Shown here piece after piece: positions 14,001-27,419 of a DNA stretch of 64,000 nucleotides. How positions within the stretch are numbered: the stretch's first letter is position 1; every line of letters begins with the position of its first letter. The translations under genes were made by a program, and so were the position numbers. This stretch comes from Cycas panzhihuaensis (taxonomy: Eukaryota; Plantae; Cycadophyta). The notes below the pieces were generated by a model. That model was not told where the DNA came from. It did no database searches and saw only the letters and a program-made list of their open reading frames with translations. The DNA lies in assembly GCA_023213395.1 (NCBI GenBank), contig CM041465.1, positions 157,239,741 to 157,303,740 on the forward strand. Reading direction: 5' to 3'.

Positions 14001-15471
14001 TAAGATTCCAAATACTAATAACCTGCGAATAGTCTGTGAGGATACTTATGGCAAATTAGTGAATCACTACTAAGTAGGAGAGGGCAAGAATAGGCAGTGG
14101 AGAATGTTTAAAGATCTGATTGGCTTCGAAGAGGAAATTTAGAGGGTAAAAGAGGTATTAAACAAATAATACATTATGAAGAGGGCTCCTCCGGATTCCT
14201 TGGTTTAGCCTTTGTCTCCTTCAGGATCTTACTCGGTCAAAGATGGTTACAAGTCACTGTCAGAGAGGGAAGGATGGACTAAGGATGATATTCTAGTGGG
14301 GGTTTGGAAGGTGGGGCTTATCCCAAAGATTGCTATCTTTTGGTGGTTATCTCTACAAAATAAACTCCTAACAATGGATAATTTGCTGAAGTGTGGTATC
14401 TATGTGGTGAATAAATGTGAGTTATGTAGGGAGGAGGCTGAGTCCTTAGATCACTTGTGTTTATATTGTCCCTATTCGAGAGGGATTTGGAGTGGCTTCT
14501 AGTCTAGAACGAGAATAGGTTGGGTCCCTTCTTTGTCATTGAGGGACTAGTGGAGATCCTGGACTTCCCCATTTAAAAGTAAAACATTAGGAAGATTCTG
14601 GAAGCTCATCCTCCCAGTGGGTACCTAGAATATATGGAAGAAGCGCAATAGGCGAATTTTTCAAGGAAAAGAGATGGAGGAAGAGAAATTGTTTGACATG
14701 ACCAGAAGGGACATTCTAGAGATGTTAAAACCTCCCAAGGAGGATAGCATTCCTATAGGGGCGAGGAGCATTTTAGATGGATGGGGCATATAGCAACTGA
14801 TAGGTGGGAATGAGAAGAGGAAGAAAATGAATTGGATACCGCCTGAGGTATCAAGGATCAAAATAAATTTTGATGGTGCAGCGAAAGGTAATCACGGGGA
14901 GGCTGGGGGAGGTGGGCTGTGTAGGGATCATATGGGAACGGTGATATGGGCATTTGTTGAATACTATGGCTATCAATCGAGTCATGGAGTGGATGTGAGG
15001 GCTATGTGTAAGGCTGTAACCATGATGGAAGAGATGGAGGAGCAGAAAGTTATTGTTGAAGGTGATTCCCTGATTATGATTAAGAGCTTAAAGGGGAAGC
15101 GAATCGAGTGGAACATCAAGTAGCTCATTAGGGATGTACAAGATATACTGAGATCCAAATAGAGTGTTCAGATCCAACATACATATAGGGAAGGAAACAA
15201 GATGGCAGACTGGTTAGCAAACTGGGCAGTGGTAAATAAAAGGAATAGGGAATGGAAAAGGAACTTCCTGGAGGAGCTTATGAGTCTGATTAGATTAGAT
15301 TCTTTTGGACATAATGGTGTTATGTAGCAGATGAGTGGTGGATGACTAGAGTGAGCTAAGCCATGGGCTTGTCATGGCCATCTTCTTAGGCTGGTTATCC
15401 CTTGATGTACAAGGTTTGGGGACCTGACAAAAAACCCCTTCTAATATTATTTTTTACCTTATCAGAAAAAA
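11049..15471 (+). mobile_element. 5'-truncated L1-clade LINE with RNase H
   Basis: 16-bp TSD AAAAGAGTTGTTTTAG at 11033-11048 and 15472-15487; A-tail. It starts in the last ~35 codons of ORF1, matching 63800-63904. Confidence 0.95.
11175..15327 (+). pseudogene. LINE ORF2: AP endonuclease, reverse transcriptase, zf-RVT, RNase H; multiple premature stops
   Basis: Motifs GDFN, KLDRML, SDHSP, GDRNTKFFH, GPDG, GLRQGDPLSPFLF, HHQFMDN, CELCREEAESLDHL, KINFDGAAKGN, VEGDS. Confidence 0.95.
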
Positions 15472-15521
15472 AAAAGAGTTGTTTTAGCTAAAAAATCAAC
15501 GTGTAAGCGCCCTTTGTTCAA

Positions 15522-18500
15522 GTCATGGTAGAACCTTCATGGACATCACAACCATAGGTAAGTGAACATGTGATTATTCCTTTCTTAGCTTATTTTAGTG
15601 TAGTTTAGAGTAGTTATTTTATAAGCATATGCCCTTGTTTGCCTGTTGATCTAGTATATAAGTATGTTTATGCTTTGTCCATGATGATTTCAACCATGGT
15701 CGATGGCCTTATTATTGTCCATTAGAGCTTAATTAGTTAAGAACAACCTCTTAACACCTCAATAAGACACATCTTGTCTTTCTTTTTCTCTGATTATGTC
15801 TTTCCTCTTCTTAACCTATTCTTTTGGTCCTTTTTTCATGTAATTTGATCTATTTTTTATTAATTTTCTCTCATCCTACTATGATTGTTGCTTGTCCCAC
15901 CCTATTTTTGTCATACCATGCTACTTTTTAGTTTTCTTTACTGATTTTTTCATAGAACTATCAAAAAATCTAGAGGTTTATGGTACTACAAAGAATTTTC
16001 ATGGTATTGTACTAAACTTTGCAATATGATATTTTTCACTTGCAATTTTTTTACGCTTATGTTTGGTTGTGCATTTATTACACCAAGATATGGGCCCTCC
16101 TTATGGTTTTATCAAAGCCATGGTTTCAATCCCATAGATTTTGAAGAAACCATGGGTAAAATCCCATGGTGGGAAATGACAAGATTAGACAAATAATGGC
16201 CCATGGTTTCATCAAAACCATGGGTTGGCCATGGGTTTTAGTGAAACCATGGGCTATTAATTGCCTAATCTTATCATTTCCCATCAAAATCATGGTATTT
16301 TGCCCATGGTTTTAGCCCATGGTTTCTCCCAAATCTATGGGCTTAAAACCATGGACCCAACGCTTCACTCTTATCCATTTATGCACCTATTTTCATGAAA
16401 ATAGGAGGTTATACTACAAGTTCATTATTTTATCATTATGCTACCAAATTTTCATCAGATTGCTTAAGTTCATCTAATCTTTCTCATTAGCTTCCACTCT
16501 TGGCTTCAAGTTTGATCACTAGAAGTTGTTAAAGCATTCATTGACTAGAGAAAATAGTCATTAACATCCCTCCATCTCTCTAAATGGGACAATCCCCCCT
16601 CCAACAATTCTAGGATTTTAATCTATTTTTCTAATATTTTATTTATTTTTCTTTCTAGCATTGATTTGCCTTTATTTCTACTTGTTCATTGTGTTATTTT
16701 AGCTTCTTTTATTTTTTATGTTTTACCTCCTTTGCTTATTAGTGTCTTGTAATTGAATGGGGCCCTAGTATTATTTGTTTTGGATCTAAAAGGGATGGAC
16801 AAGTTCACAAATTTTTAGGCCTATTTCACACTTACTTTTAACTCCTTTAAATATTTGGTTTACTTAGCTTGTTTGATATCTTTTTTGCATCTATTTCTTA
16901 CGATAGTGTTGTATATCATTAACTTGGATAGTTGGTGGAGATCTACAGGTTTTATTATAGATTTTTTAGTGCATAGAGTAGCTTGGGGATCCTCCTTCCT
17001 TCTTCCTCTTTCCATCCTTATTCCTATTAAAGTTTAGTGCCTTTTACAAAGTCATTATACTGCCAAAATTCCACTAGAGAGGCCACATAAAAGGTGAGCA
17101 TCAAAGTTTGTTTAAATACTATTTTGAGTATTTTCACTCTTTAAATAAACTTTTTTTCATCATAACCTCATCTAGCAAGTAGAAATGTTGCTAGATTTTT
17201 ACTAGAGATCTTCTTTCTAATATCATATGTTACAGAGATAAAAGTCTATTTTGAAAGGGCTACAATTGGTGATTTGGTGCATCTTACTAAGTACTTTTCA
17301 CAAACACCACCTTTCTAGCTTTATTTACAAAAAGGAAAAACTCATATGTTGTCATTTTGACTTGTTAGTCTTGCATTGAAAAGAGGAACAATAGGAAAAG
17401 TTGGTTTTCTTGTATGCTTGGAGCATTACTTGTTACTCTTCTTCCCCTTTACTCATAATATTTCACTTTGGAAAGGCAAAGATAAAAGAATAAGAGAAAA
17501 AAGGGCTAAAAAATAATCTTTTTCTTTTTCTTTTTACTTTGCATATTATATTTGCATCTTTGCTTTCAACATGTGCTTTCTTGAAGGCCCAATAAAGAAG
17601 AGGTTTGTACTTGTTATGAGTCCTTAAATTCATGGGGTAACATTTTCTTTTGATTAGCTAGGTTATTATGTTATTTGCGTATAACTAAATATTACATGTT
17701 AGTTGCATTAGATGTGTGACTTGTTTACTTCCTGAATTTCTTTTAAGGTCTAGGGTACTTCTTTCCATTATAGAGGGGGGTAATTTTCTTTCTACTCAAG
17801 TGTCATTACCGTATGAGAGGCATTGTCTTATGCCTTTAGGTATCATGCCTCTAATCTATGTTTCAAATAAACACCCAAAGGGTACCTACCCTTGCCATGT
17901 GTTAATGTGTAGTATATGGATAGTTGAGTGAGCATCATCCCTCCTATTAAGAGTGATGACCTCTACCTTTTTCACCCTCTTAGAGTTTGAGATTTATTAG
18001 AATTAGATGCAGGCACTACTAGGCCACTCTTATACTTATGTAAGAGCCATCACCAGTATTAACAAGTCCCCATTGACTTATCTATGAGTGGATTTATCTT
18101 ATAATATTTATTCACTCTAATCTCTTACTTAAGGTAGTCATTTCCCTAATTCCATAAATTAAGTTTGTTGCTTTTAGATTGGGTAGGAGTTTGGGTTAAG
18201 ATAGGTCAGTTATCTTGAAGAGTTTCATTGTATAGGATAGACACATAGTAACATAAGAGTTATAGGCATTCGTGCTTGATTGAGCCCCTTACATTATGAA
18301 GGCCTTTCTATATGCTAATTGGTCCTTCTAGGGATATCACTTATGGTTTGATTGATTTCATCTTAAGCTATTATTAGTTAGGTTTTAGTTTATATTCTTT
18401 GGTTGATGCATGTTTGTTTAATATACCTCCTTGCATTGCACTCTCTTTTTCATTTGTTAGTTAGTTGCTGTTGACATTTATTTTCATTTTATTATCATAT

Positions 18501-18716
18501 TTTCTAGACACGTTGCATACATCTGCATATTACCCTTAGCCTAGCTAGTCAAGAACAGTGTTAAGCATCCATATATCCTCATACAAGAGATGCATAAGTG
18601 CCCTTATAGGGGATGTATATCTGTACCCTTCCCTGCTCGAGTCCCTCTCACCCTTCAAGCCCATTTTAGGGTTGTGATTTGCATGTCCTCTACCCTTGCT
18701 CGTCAGCATTCACTAA
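15522..18716 (+). repeat. 5' LTR (~3.2 kb), with an apparent ~0.7-kb deletion just after its start
   Basis: Begins gtcatggtagaacc like 30253, then jumps to sequence matching 30931; collinear with the 3' copy after that. Confidence 0.75.
16117..16355. repeat. ~235-bp imperfect palindrome rich in CCATGG inside the LTR
   Basis: 16117-16222 is the reverse complement of ~16230-16355 (e.g. gggaaatgacaagattag / ctaatcttatcatttccc). Confidence 0.85.
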
Positions 18717-18986
18717 TGGCCATACTAGGCACTCGCTAATAAGGTGTTAAATCACATTGTATTGTTATCCCCTCTTCTTCTTCTTTGTCTTAGCCTTTTG
18801 AGATAAGGTGATGATTTGCTAACTATATTATCCACTTTTTATGAGGATCTCTCATCTTTTATCCTTAACTTTGGAGCCTAGGTTCATGTCATCCTTGATG
18901 CCTATCCTTTTTATTCCACTCTTACCTCTTATATATGATGATTCTCTTGTTATATTTAGGGCCTCCCCCCATTTATTTTAGATATA

Positions 18987-19923
18987 TTCTATCCACCTAA
19001 TTCTTTACTTGATTAACATCCCTCAATAGCAAGTATGTTCCCCCTTGAGTGGTGTTAGGACCCCTTTCAAGCTTTACCTTACACTAACCTCAAGACACCT
19101 ACTCAACCCAGGATCCTTATCGAACCCAAGATACGTATCAAGTCTATATCCACAATTGTTCCCAATATATAAATCCTTATCCTTCCCAACACCCTTATCA
19201 TTAAGGTGTTGACCCAGCCTACTAATCTTGTGAAGTAAAAGGGTTCTATCAAAACCCTGTGGGGTCACTTGCTCATGTCACTATAGTTGTCAACCCTTAT
19301 GATCCCTCATAGATCCCCAAGTCATTAATTCAAGCTTTTCCTTTTGACCAAGCCTAAATGGGAGGATGGCTTGGGTAACTATTTGAGAAGGAACCTTGGG
19401 CTAGTTAGAAGATGATGGAACTAGAATAGATGAAATAGAGGTAGGGGTACCAAAGAATAAGTGATAGGCTCAAGTAGAAGTGGCCTCTCTTACAACTACC
19501 TAAAATTATTCCCTTAGGGTCTACCATGGGTCTAAAACCTAATCACCCACTTAGGCCTAGTTAAAAGAAAAAGCTTGAGTTAATGACTTAAGGATCTGTG
19601 AGGGATCATGGGGCTAGGTAACCCCAATGATATGAGTAGATGACCCTACAAGGTTTTTATAGAACCCTTCTACTTCATAGGCTTGGTAGTGTGTGTCAAC
19701 ACCCTCTTTATAAGGGTGTTGGAAAGGATAAGGCTTTACAGATTAGGACCAATCTTAGATATAGGCTTGATATAGGTCTTAGGTTTGATAAGGATCTTAG
19801 GTGGAGTAGGGATCTTAAGGTTGGTATAAAGGTAGAGCTTAAAAGGGGTCTTAGTACCACTCATAGGGGCATTGGCCCACCATCGAGGGATGATTATTAG
19901 GCAAAGAACTAGGTGGATAGAAG
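18987..19923. repeat. Inverted repeat with ~375-bp arms (18987-19362 and 19546-19923) and a ~180-bp loop
   Basis: The ORF track shows the same peptide on opposite strands (19074-19268 minus, 19640-19900 plus); arm ends checked by eye. Confidence 0.9.
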
Positions 19924-21049
19924 AGGGTGGAACTAAAATAGATGAAGTAGAGGTAAGGGCACTAGAGAATAAGTGGTAGGCATAAGGAGGAGTGGTCTCT
20001 CTTATGGGTATCTCAAATTGCGTCAATAAACCCCCCATATCACAAGTCATTACCTCTATCACAAGACCAATGGCCCTATTCATGGACTCTAAGACCTCTT
20101 ATTGGTAACAATAATAAGATAATGGATTACCTAACTTCTATCATTTTCTCATTTGAATAAGTGATTAAAGACTTAAAACCTTAACGATCTTCTAATTAAC
20201 CTAAGCCACATATCCCCTCGTATAAATATAGACTAATTCATCAAATAGCTCAAACTATTTTATAACCTAATGGAGCCAATCTTGCCCCTTCCCAAGATAG
20301 AAAGGCCCTACACCCACACCCCCACCCTCCCAAAAAGAGGTGATATTCTATTCATAACAATTACACCCATTATAATGCCCATTGTTAGACCTAACATCTT
20401 GAATAAACATCATCCCAGGATCCTCCTCTATAATTTTTATCTATATCCAATCTCAAATAGCCAACCCATTAGGACCTCTTATTAAGCCATGATGACCCTA
20501 ACCAACCAACCCAATCACACAACTAATGAGAAAGGGAATGGCCCCAACCTTAAAAGAGGTTTCCACCTAGCCCCACTCCAAACCAACCCAAGAATAAACC
20601 CTAACCTAAGCCCATAGGCTCTCCTTCCTCTAAAGCCTAAAACTTGACTTAAGCCACCCGATGATATGATACTAAGGATAAAAAGCTCATCTATATACTC
20701 AACCACCTAACAACCATCTATTGAGCCCTTTCTAATAAAGATTCCTATCTTGCCTAATATAATTCCTATTCACCCTAGTTAATACAATTTTAGAAGGGCC
20801 CTTCCCCAACCCATTATCAAGGGGAAGTTTTTTTCTATAGTGGAAGAGCTTCATACCATTTATATGGGTATGCCCACAATGGATATCCTATAAAGCTACT
20901 TTGACCAATAAAACTTGCTTATGGAAGAGGCATAAGGAAGTTTCTATCCATGTTGTTAGCACTACCTCCCTAACCAACTTATCATCTCATTTGATCCCAA
21001 TGACCTACCATCTACTAAAGACTATGATAACTTTTGGTATTATCCCTTT

Positions 21050-24000
21050 GTCATCACCATTGAGACCCTAGAGTTTACACTAAAAAGTACTATCATTAAC
21101 AATAGATCTTTAGTGAATGCCATGCCCTCTCAAATACTTGAGAAACTTGGCCTCAGGGCACTTAAGCTAGTCCCATGGAAGTGCCAAGGATATGATGGGA
21201 ATGAAAAGGCACCCCTTGGGATAATCATCCTTTTCTTTACCTTTAAGGATAAAAATATCCCCATTAACATTATTATCCTTGACATTAATATTGATTATAA
21301 CCTCATTCTAAGATGACTATAGTTAGACCAGATAAGGGTAGTGTACTCTTCCTCATGGGGTAAGTTAAAGTATGTTCATAATAGAAGAGTGTGCATCATC
21401 ATATGAGAATCACCTCCTTCTTAATCCTCCCAACCTATAGGATAAGCCATCTTTAACACTAAGGATAATGAGACCATAAAGCTTGATCCTTCCCCTATGT
21501 CCTTTTCTGAAGGTCCAAGCCTCCAACTTGATGATGAACCCCTTTTACCTAAACTAAATATGGTTTATTTTACCCCAATAATATAGGTAGTTATAGGCAT
21601 TTATTTGTTCTCAGTTACCCAAAAATAGATGATGAAGGCCCTAACCTCCCAACATGGTAAATGGCTATCATTTCTCAAACCCAAGGGGAATAAACTCAAG
21701 AGTATATTCCCCCACCTTTTAGTCCTCATCAAAGGGTCCTTTGATTATCTTAAACTTAATAGGGTCTCTTTGAGAACCTATAAGTAAAGCCCCTATCCCT
21801 TTGACCCTACAAGATATCTTCTTTTTAGTGAGCTTGTCTAATCCACCATTCTAACCAACTCATCCATAATTATCATCCTAATTGCCCCAAGACATAACCA
21901 TACCCATCTTTCAACTTAGTATCTAACTAACTTTCCATATAAGAGTCCCCTTACTAGTTTCCTATTTGGATAACATGCTTAGGGCCCCTAATCCCCCCTG
22001 CCCCCCCCCTCCCCCCCACAACTAAGACTGACCCTTTATCAGATACTAAAGTCCATCCCCTTTCTCTATCATAAACCATTAACATGATTTGTTATATGTA
22101 GGACTTCCTAGATCCAGTTGTTATTTAGCTAGATCTCAACCAAGTCCCTCCTATTTATGATTTATACAAAGAGTGAGACTCAATTTTCTCTTATAATAAG
22201 TATATTATTTATAACTCTCCCCTACTTCTTCTTTTCCATGAGCCTATTAGTCCTCTTGTCTTTGACTCTAAGCCAGAATAAAACCTATTTGGTCCTCTTC
22301 TTAACCCTCTTATTGGAAGGTTAGGCCTTTCTCCACTTGACATCAATACTCAAATTCATTTGAGGAATCACCCCACTACTTTGAGTAGGAGCTTAATCAA
22401 TATATAAACCCATCTATTGAAAGACTCAAGCCTCCTACTCTATCCAAGACCTTATATGATGTTGACTACTTTGAGACTGTTGAGGTATTACTAAACATTT
22501 CATGGAGGAATCCTCTAACCTCCCTCTAAACCACCATAAGCTAGGATTTTAGAAATGCTTTGCCATCGAGTCACCCCTTATTGAGCTTTTCATGATCCAA
22601 CCTCTTCCAAACCCACTTGTTAACCAAGCCCTCTCCCCCACTCCCCACCCATCCACCCATTTTGAGGAGAGAAATGTCCTCTTTTTATGAGAAACCATTT
22701 ATATTACCTTGGCCCCTATTAAGATTATCAAAATCAAATCTAAATACTCTCTTAATAAGGTACTATAATATAGAATATTGTTCCAAGAGTTTTATGATGT
22801 TTTCACATGGGATTACACTAACATGAAGGGCATAAGCCTTGAGATTATTACCCACAACCTTACCACGATTCTCAGAGCTAAGTCTATGAGGAAAAATAAT
22901 GTCCCATTTATCCTAATCTTTTGGTAGTCTTTAATATTAAGATTAAAAAATTATACAACGTTAGCCTAATTACCTCAATTGACTACCCCATTGGGTGTCT
23001 AATATTATGCTTATAGAAAAAAAGAATTGGGCCATTCACATTTGTATTGATTTTATAGACATAAATAATGCTTACCATGAAGATAGCTTCCCCCTCCCAT
23101 TTATAGATCATATCATCAACAAGTCAACAAGCTTTGAGTCATGTCCTTAATGGATAGATTTTTGAGGTATAATCATATCTAAATCTCACCTAAGGACTAC
23201 CACAAGATGGAACTTACCACTCTTTGGGGGACATTTACCTATATTGCCATGTCTTTTGGTCTCAAAAATGCTAGTATAATGTACCAAGAAGCCATACATT
23301 TTATTTCCCATGACCTCATTAACAAGATTTTTGCGATGTTCATGGACAATATTTTAAGCCTTTCATGGAACAAGAGTGACCACCCCACATATCTTTGGAA
23401 ATTTTTCTTAAGATGTCAAAAGTTTTATGTTACACAAGTGTGTATTCATAATCACAACTAGCAAACTGTTGGGCTTTCTTATTTTTCAAAAGGGGATCAA
23501 AGTTAATTTTGAGAAAGTGAAGTTGTCTTAGATATTTAAAAATAGATCAAGTCATTCTTGGGGTGTCTAGGTTTTTATGGCATTTCTTGGTGAACTTTAC
23601 CATGAATGCCAAACCATTGACTAATCTCCTTGAGAGGGAAAGCTTATTTATCTAGACCTTAATAGGCCATGCTACTTTGAAGAACCAAAGTGAGGCCTTA
23701 TATTGACCCCTATCCTAAACCTCCTAAGGCTTGATTGACCCTTCATCTTATATGCATCTTCTACAAATGAATTAATTAAAACTGTGCTAGCTTAAAAAGA
23801 TAATTTAAAAGCTAAATGAGTTATATATTTAATTAGTCAAACCTTAGTTGTAATTAAGATTAATTATACCCATTTTGAGAAAGAGTGCCTAGCTCTAGTG
23901 TTTGTCATAAAAAAATTAAGACCCTACCTATTAGGCAACATGGCAAATATTATCATTCAGTCAAACCCCTTATGCTTCCTAATAATTAAGTTAGACCTAA

Positions 24001-25443
24001 CTAGATAGAAAGGAAATGAGGAGTACTCTTATAGGAGTATCGCCTTAGGATCATTAATAAGAAGTCTAAGAAGGAGATGGTCATGGCTAAGTAACTCACT
24101 CATGCACCTCTCCCAAATTGCACAAATACATTTATTAATGATTCTTTGCCTAATGAAACTATTTTTACCACAGAGCAAACAAAAAGCTAGAAGCCAGTCA
24201 ATGACCAATGGTACAGCAACATCATATGCTATATCATCTACCAAAATTACCCTAAGAATGTAAGTAATATGATTAAGTAATGCATTAGGGATATAGCCTT
24301 CCAATATCTCCTTATCTAAGATGTGTTGTATAAAAGGTCATTTAAAGGAGTTTTCCTCAAATACATCAATCTAGATGAAATCAATTAAGTCCTCCATGAC
24401 TATCATGATGTGTAAAGGACATTTTAGCGGGTAATCCATAGCCCAAAGAATCTTGTAAATGGGTTTCTTATAGTCGACATTGTTCAAGGATGACCATGTT
24501 TATGTGCAAAAGTATAAAAAGTGTCAAGAACACTCAAACTTTATGCATCGGCCTTTGGAGACCTTGCACATTATCATCTCACTGTGGCCTTTTTCCCAAT
24601 GGGGCTTTGATTTGACTAGGGCTATTATACCCCCTTCTTCTACCTAATAGAAGTCCATTCTTATAACAATAAAGTACTTTAACAAGTGGGTAGAATCCAT
24701 TTCTCTTTCCTCATCCATAAGCAAAATGATTACCACATTCATCTTTTAGCATATTATTTGTCACTTTAGGGTTCCTAATATCTTGATCATAGATAACAAG
24801 ACCCTATTCTATAACAAGGAATTTGATCAATTATCCAAAACTTTTCACATCACCTATAAGACCTAACCACCCTATTACCCTCAAGCAAATGGGAAAATTA
24901 AGGCATTTACTAAAATTCTAATCTTAATTTTAAAGAAAATGATTACCAATCTCAATGAGACTGGCCCTAGCGGTTGTATTCTACCTTGTGGGCCTATCAT
25001 ATATCCATATAAATTGTTATAGTTATGATATCCTTTTCTCTTGTTTATGGGTCAAAATCCATCCTTCCACTTGAAATAAAGATACCATCTCTAGGGGTGC
25101 ATATGAAGGGTTTTATTGATGAGAAATGATATTTCCAAGCACGCTTTCTTGATTTAGAGGCTTTGGATGAGAAGTGCCTTGTTACTTATTAAATGAATCT
25201 TACATAAAAAAGCAAAGCTCAAAAGGCCTATGATAAGCATGTATGGCCTAAGTAATTCATCCCTGGGGATAAGGTCCTAAAGCTTGAGTACTTTTATGAC
25301 TATTTCTAAAAGTTTGGATGTAAGTAGGTTGGACCCTTTATGGTGCTACAAAATTTGGCTAATGATGTGTATTACATTGCCACACTAGAGGGTCGAAAGT
25401 TTGATAAATTTATCAATGGATAATTTCTAAAATATTTCTATAG
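21050..25443 (+). pseudogene. pol: Gypsy pol relic (protease ~21050-21400, RT ~22780-23600, RNase H ~23700-24100, integrase ~24350-25443)
   Basis: Motifs DYNLILR, ICIDFIDINNAYHEDSFPLPFID, WGTFTYIAMSFGLKNA, EKECLALVF, WPFSQWGFDL, PYYPQANG. Confidence 0.9.
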
Positions 25444-25477
25444 TTGGTCATTCCCTTATTGGGGGTACCATTGCTTT

Positions 25478-26222
25478 GAAATGAGCCTAAACTACTTGTG
25501 CTATGGTAAGAGCCTAAACTACTAAGGTGCTCCAAAATAAGCTTAAACTATTGTGTTCTTAGGATATTTCATACCTATCATGGCATGACATTCCTCAGTG
25601 TCTATTGTGACACTCATTACTCTATCATGAGAAACACTTTCCCCCCTTTAGGCAAACCCCCATGGGGGCATTACACTCCCCCACAAGCATAAACTAGACC
25701 TTACTCCATCAAGAGTATAAACTGCCACTTGTAATTATTATTCTCAAAAAATAAAAACGAAAAAAGTAAAAATTATAAAACAAGAAAAAATAAAACAAAA
25801 AGAAAAAAAAATATTCTTTATCATTTGTACAAACTTATTTTCCTTCCATTTTGCTTCGAAATGAGCCTAAACTATGATCGATAAATGTCATGTTTTTTTT
25901 TCCTATTTAGCACCCCCTAAAGCTTATGCCTATTAAGGCATGTTAAGCTCTAGTAAGAGCTTAAATTGCTAATTCACTCTAAGAAGAGTATAAACTACAA
26001 TATTCTCTACAATGAGACTAAACTATATCCTTTAATAATATCATTACATTTCATGCCTATTATAGCATGACAATCATTTGTGCCTATCACAATACCTAAC
26101 TCTCCATTGTGAGTCATTTCCCCCTTGGGCAACCCCCATGGGGGTATAGTACTCCACCATTAGTATAAACTAGTTCACAAACTTTGACATGAGTATAAAT
26201 CATCACTTATCAATCATGTCTC
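25478..26222 (+). repeat. Post-integrase duplication (~480-bp period) with a reiterated GAGYMTAAACTA motif
   Basis: ~25480-25745 resembles ~25950-26222; the short motif occurs about 11 times. Confidence 0.75.
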
Positions 26223-27419
26223 TAAGGTACCATAAATATTCTAAGCTATTGAATGATTCATGAATGTTGTATATACACTAAACTGTCATCCATAAGATGA
26301 AGTAAAGCAAGTACAAGTAACACTCATAGCTCAAACATAAATGTGATGTGAGTGACATACGTATAAAAGCTAAGTACATAGATATAAGTCAAAGTATAAG
26401 AGCTCAAGTTGGCCCCCATATATATATATATATATATACACATGAGTGTCTTGAGGGAGCTAGGTCTCTGCAATGGTCTACAATCACCCAATGGACTACA
26501 TAATACTCACACCTTAACCCTTGCAGGCCCAAGTTACGTCTCCTAAAACCAATGGTATAATATGGATACAACTATAATCATGGTGTAATTCCCCCTTATA
26601 ACCATTCTCTCTATAGAGTCTCTGAGCTCTCTAAATGTGGAGTAACTTGTCATCAATAAGAGGGTCATGCCTAGCTCTCCTTACCAAGGTCCCTTCTTAG
26701 ATCTCCCTATTATGGTATGGTTATACAGGTCTAAGAATGGCTCCTCGATGACCTATTGGCTAGGCATTTAACTAAGTGGGTATATCTCTACTGAACCTCA
26801 GCTTTAAGTATCTCAGCATGAGCACTCTCTCTTGTCATAGCTATAAGTTATGCCTATAAGACCACAATTTGTGTCTTTGCCTTAGGCACTACCTATAAAG
26901 GGAGCATGATTGTGGGATCCTTACTCTTTCCTGTGGAGCCTTTCCACCCTTTAACTCTCTGATATGAGCATATAACTTGCCTCACTTCACTCTCCACATC
27001 GTTAGGGTCCTCAAAAAAGGAGTAAACATGGTTGTATAGGGGTGATTAATGGCAAGCTCATCTATGTCTATCATAGGGTATTGCCCCTCTATATACACCA
27101 TTAGGATTAAAGTGTTGAGTACCTAGTAAATAAAATCTAAAGCAAGCCCTTCACCTTTGATCAAGCCAAGTCCATGATTAGTAACTATGATAATGATCAA
27201 ATCATTAACTAATCAAAACTTTTAAAATATAGATCATGGTACAAAAGTAAAAGAGTTGGGATAAGAAACATGTAATTATCATGACCCTCCTTCCCACCCT
27301 CCTCTATTACTAGGTCCTTGTCTCCCTTGGCTCCTCCCTCATTAGTAAGCTCTCCCTCTCCATCTCCACCCTTACCACTAACTACTGGCATCACCTTGTC
27401 GACATTAAAATCCCAATAG

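Noticed and set aside
25478-26205. CRISPR-like repeat-spacer array
   Set aside because: The repeat is only ~12 bp and degenerate, the context is a eukaryotic retrotransposon UTR, and there are no cas genes.
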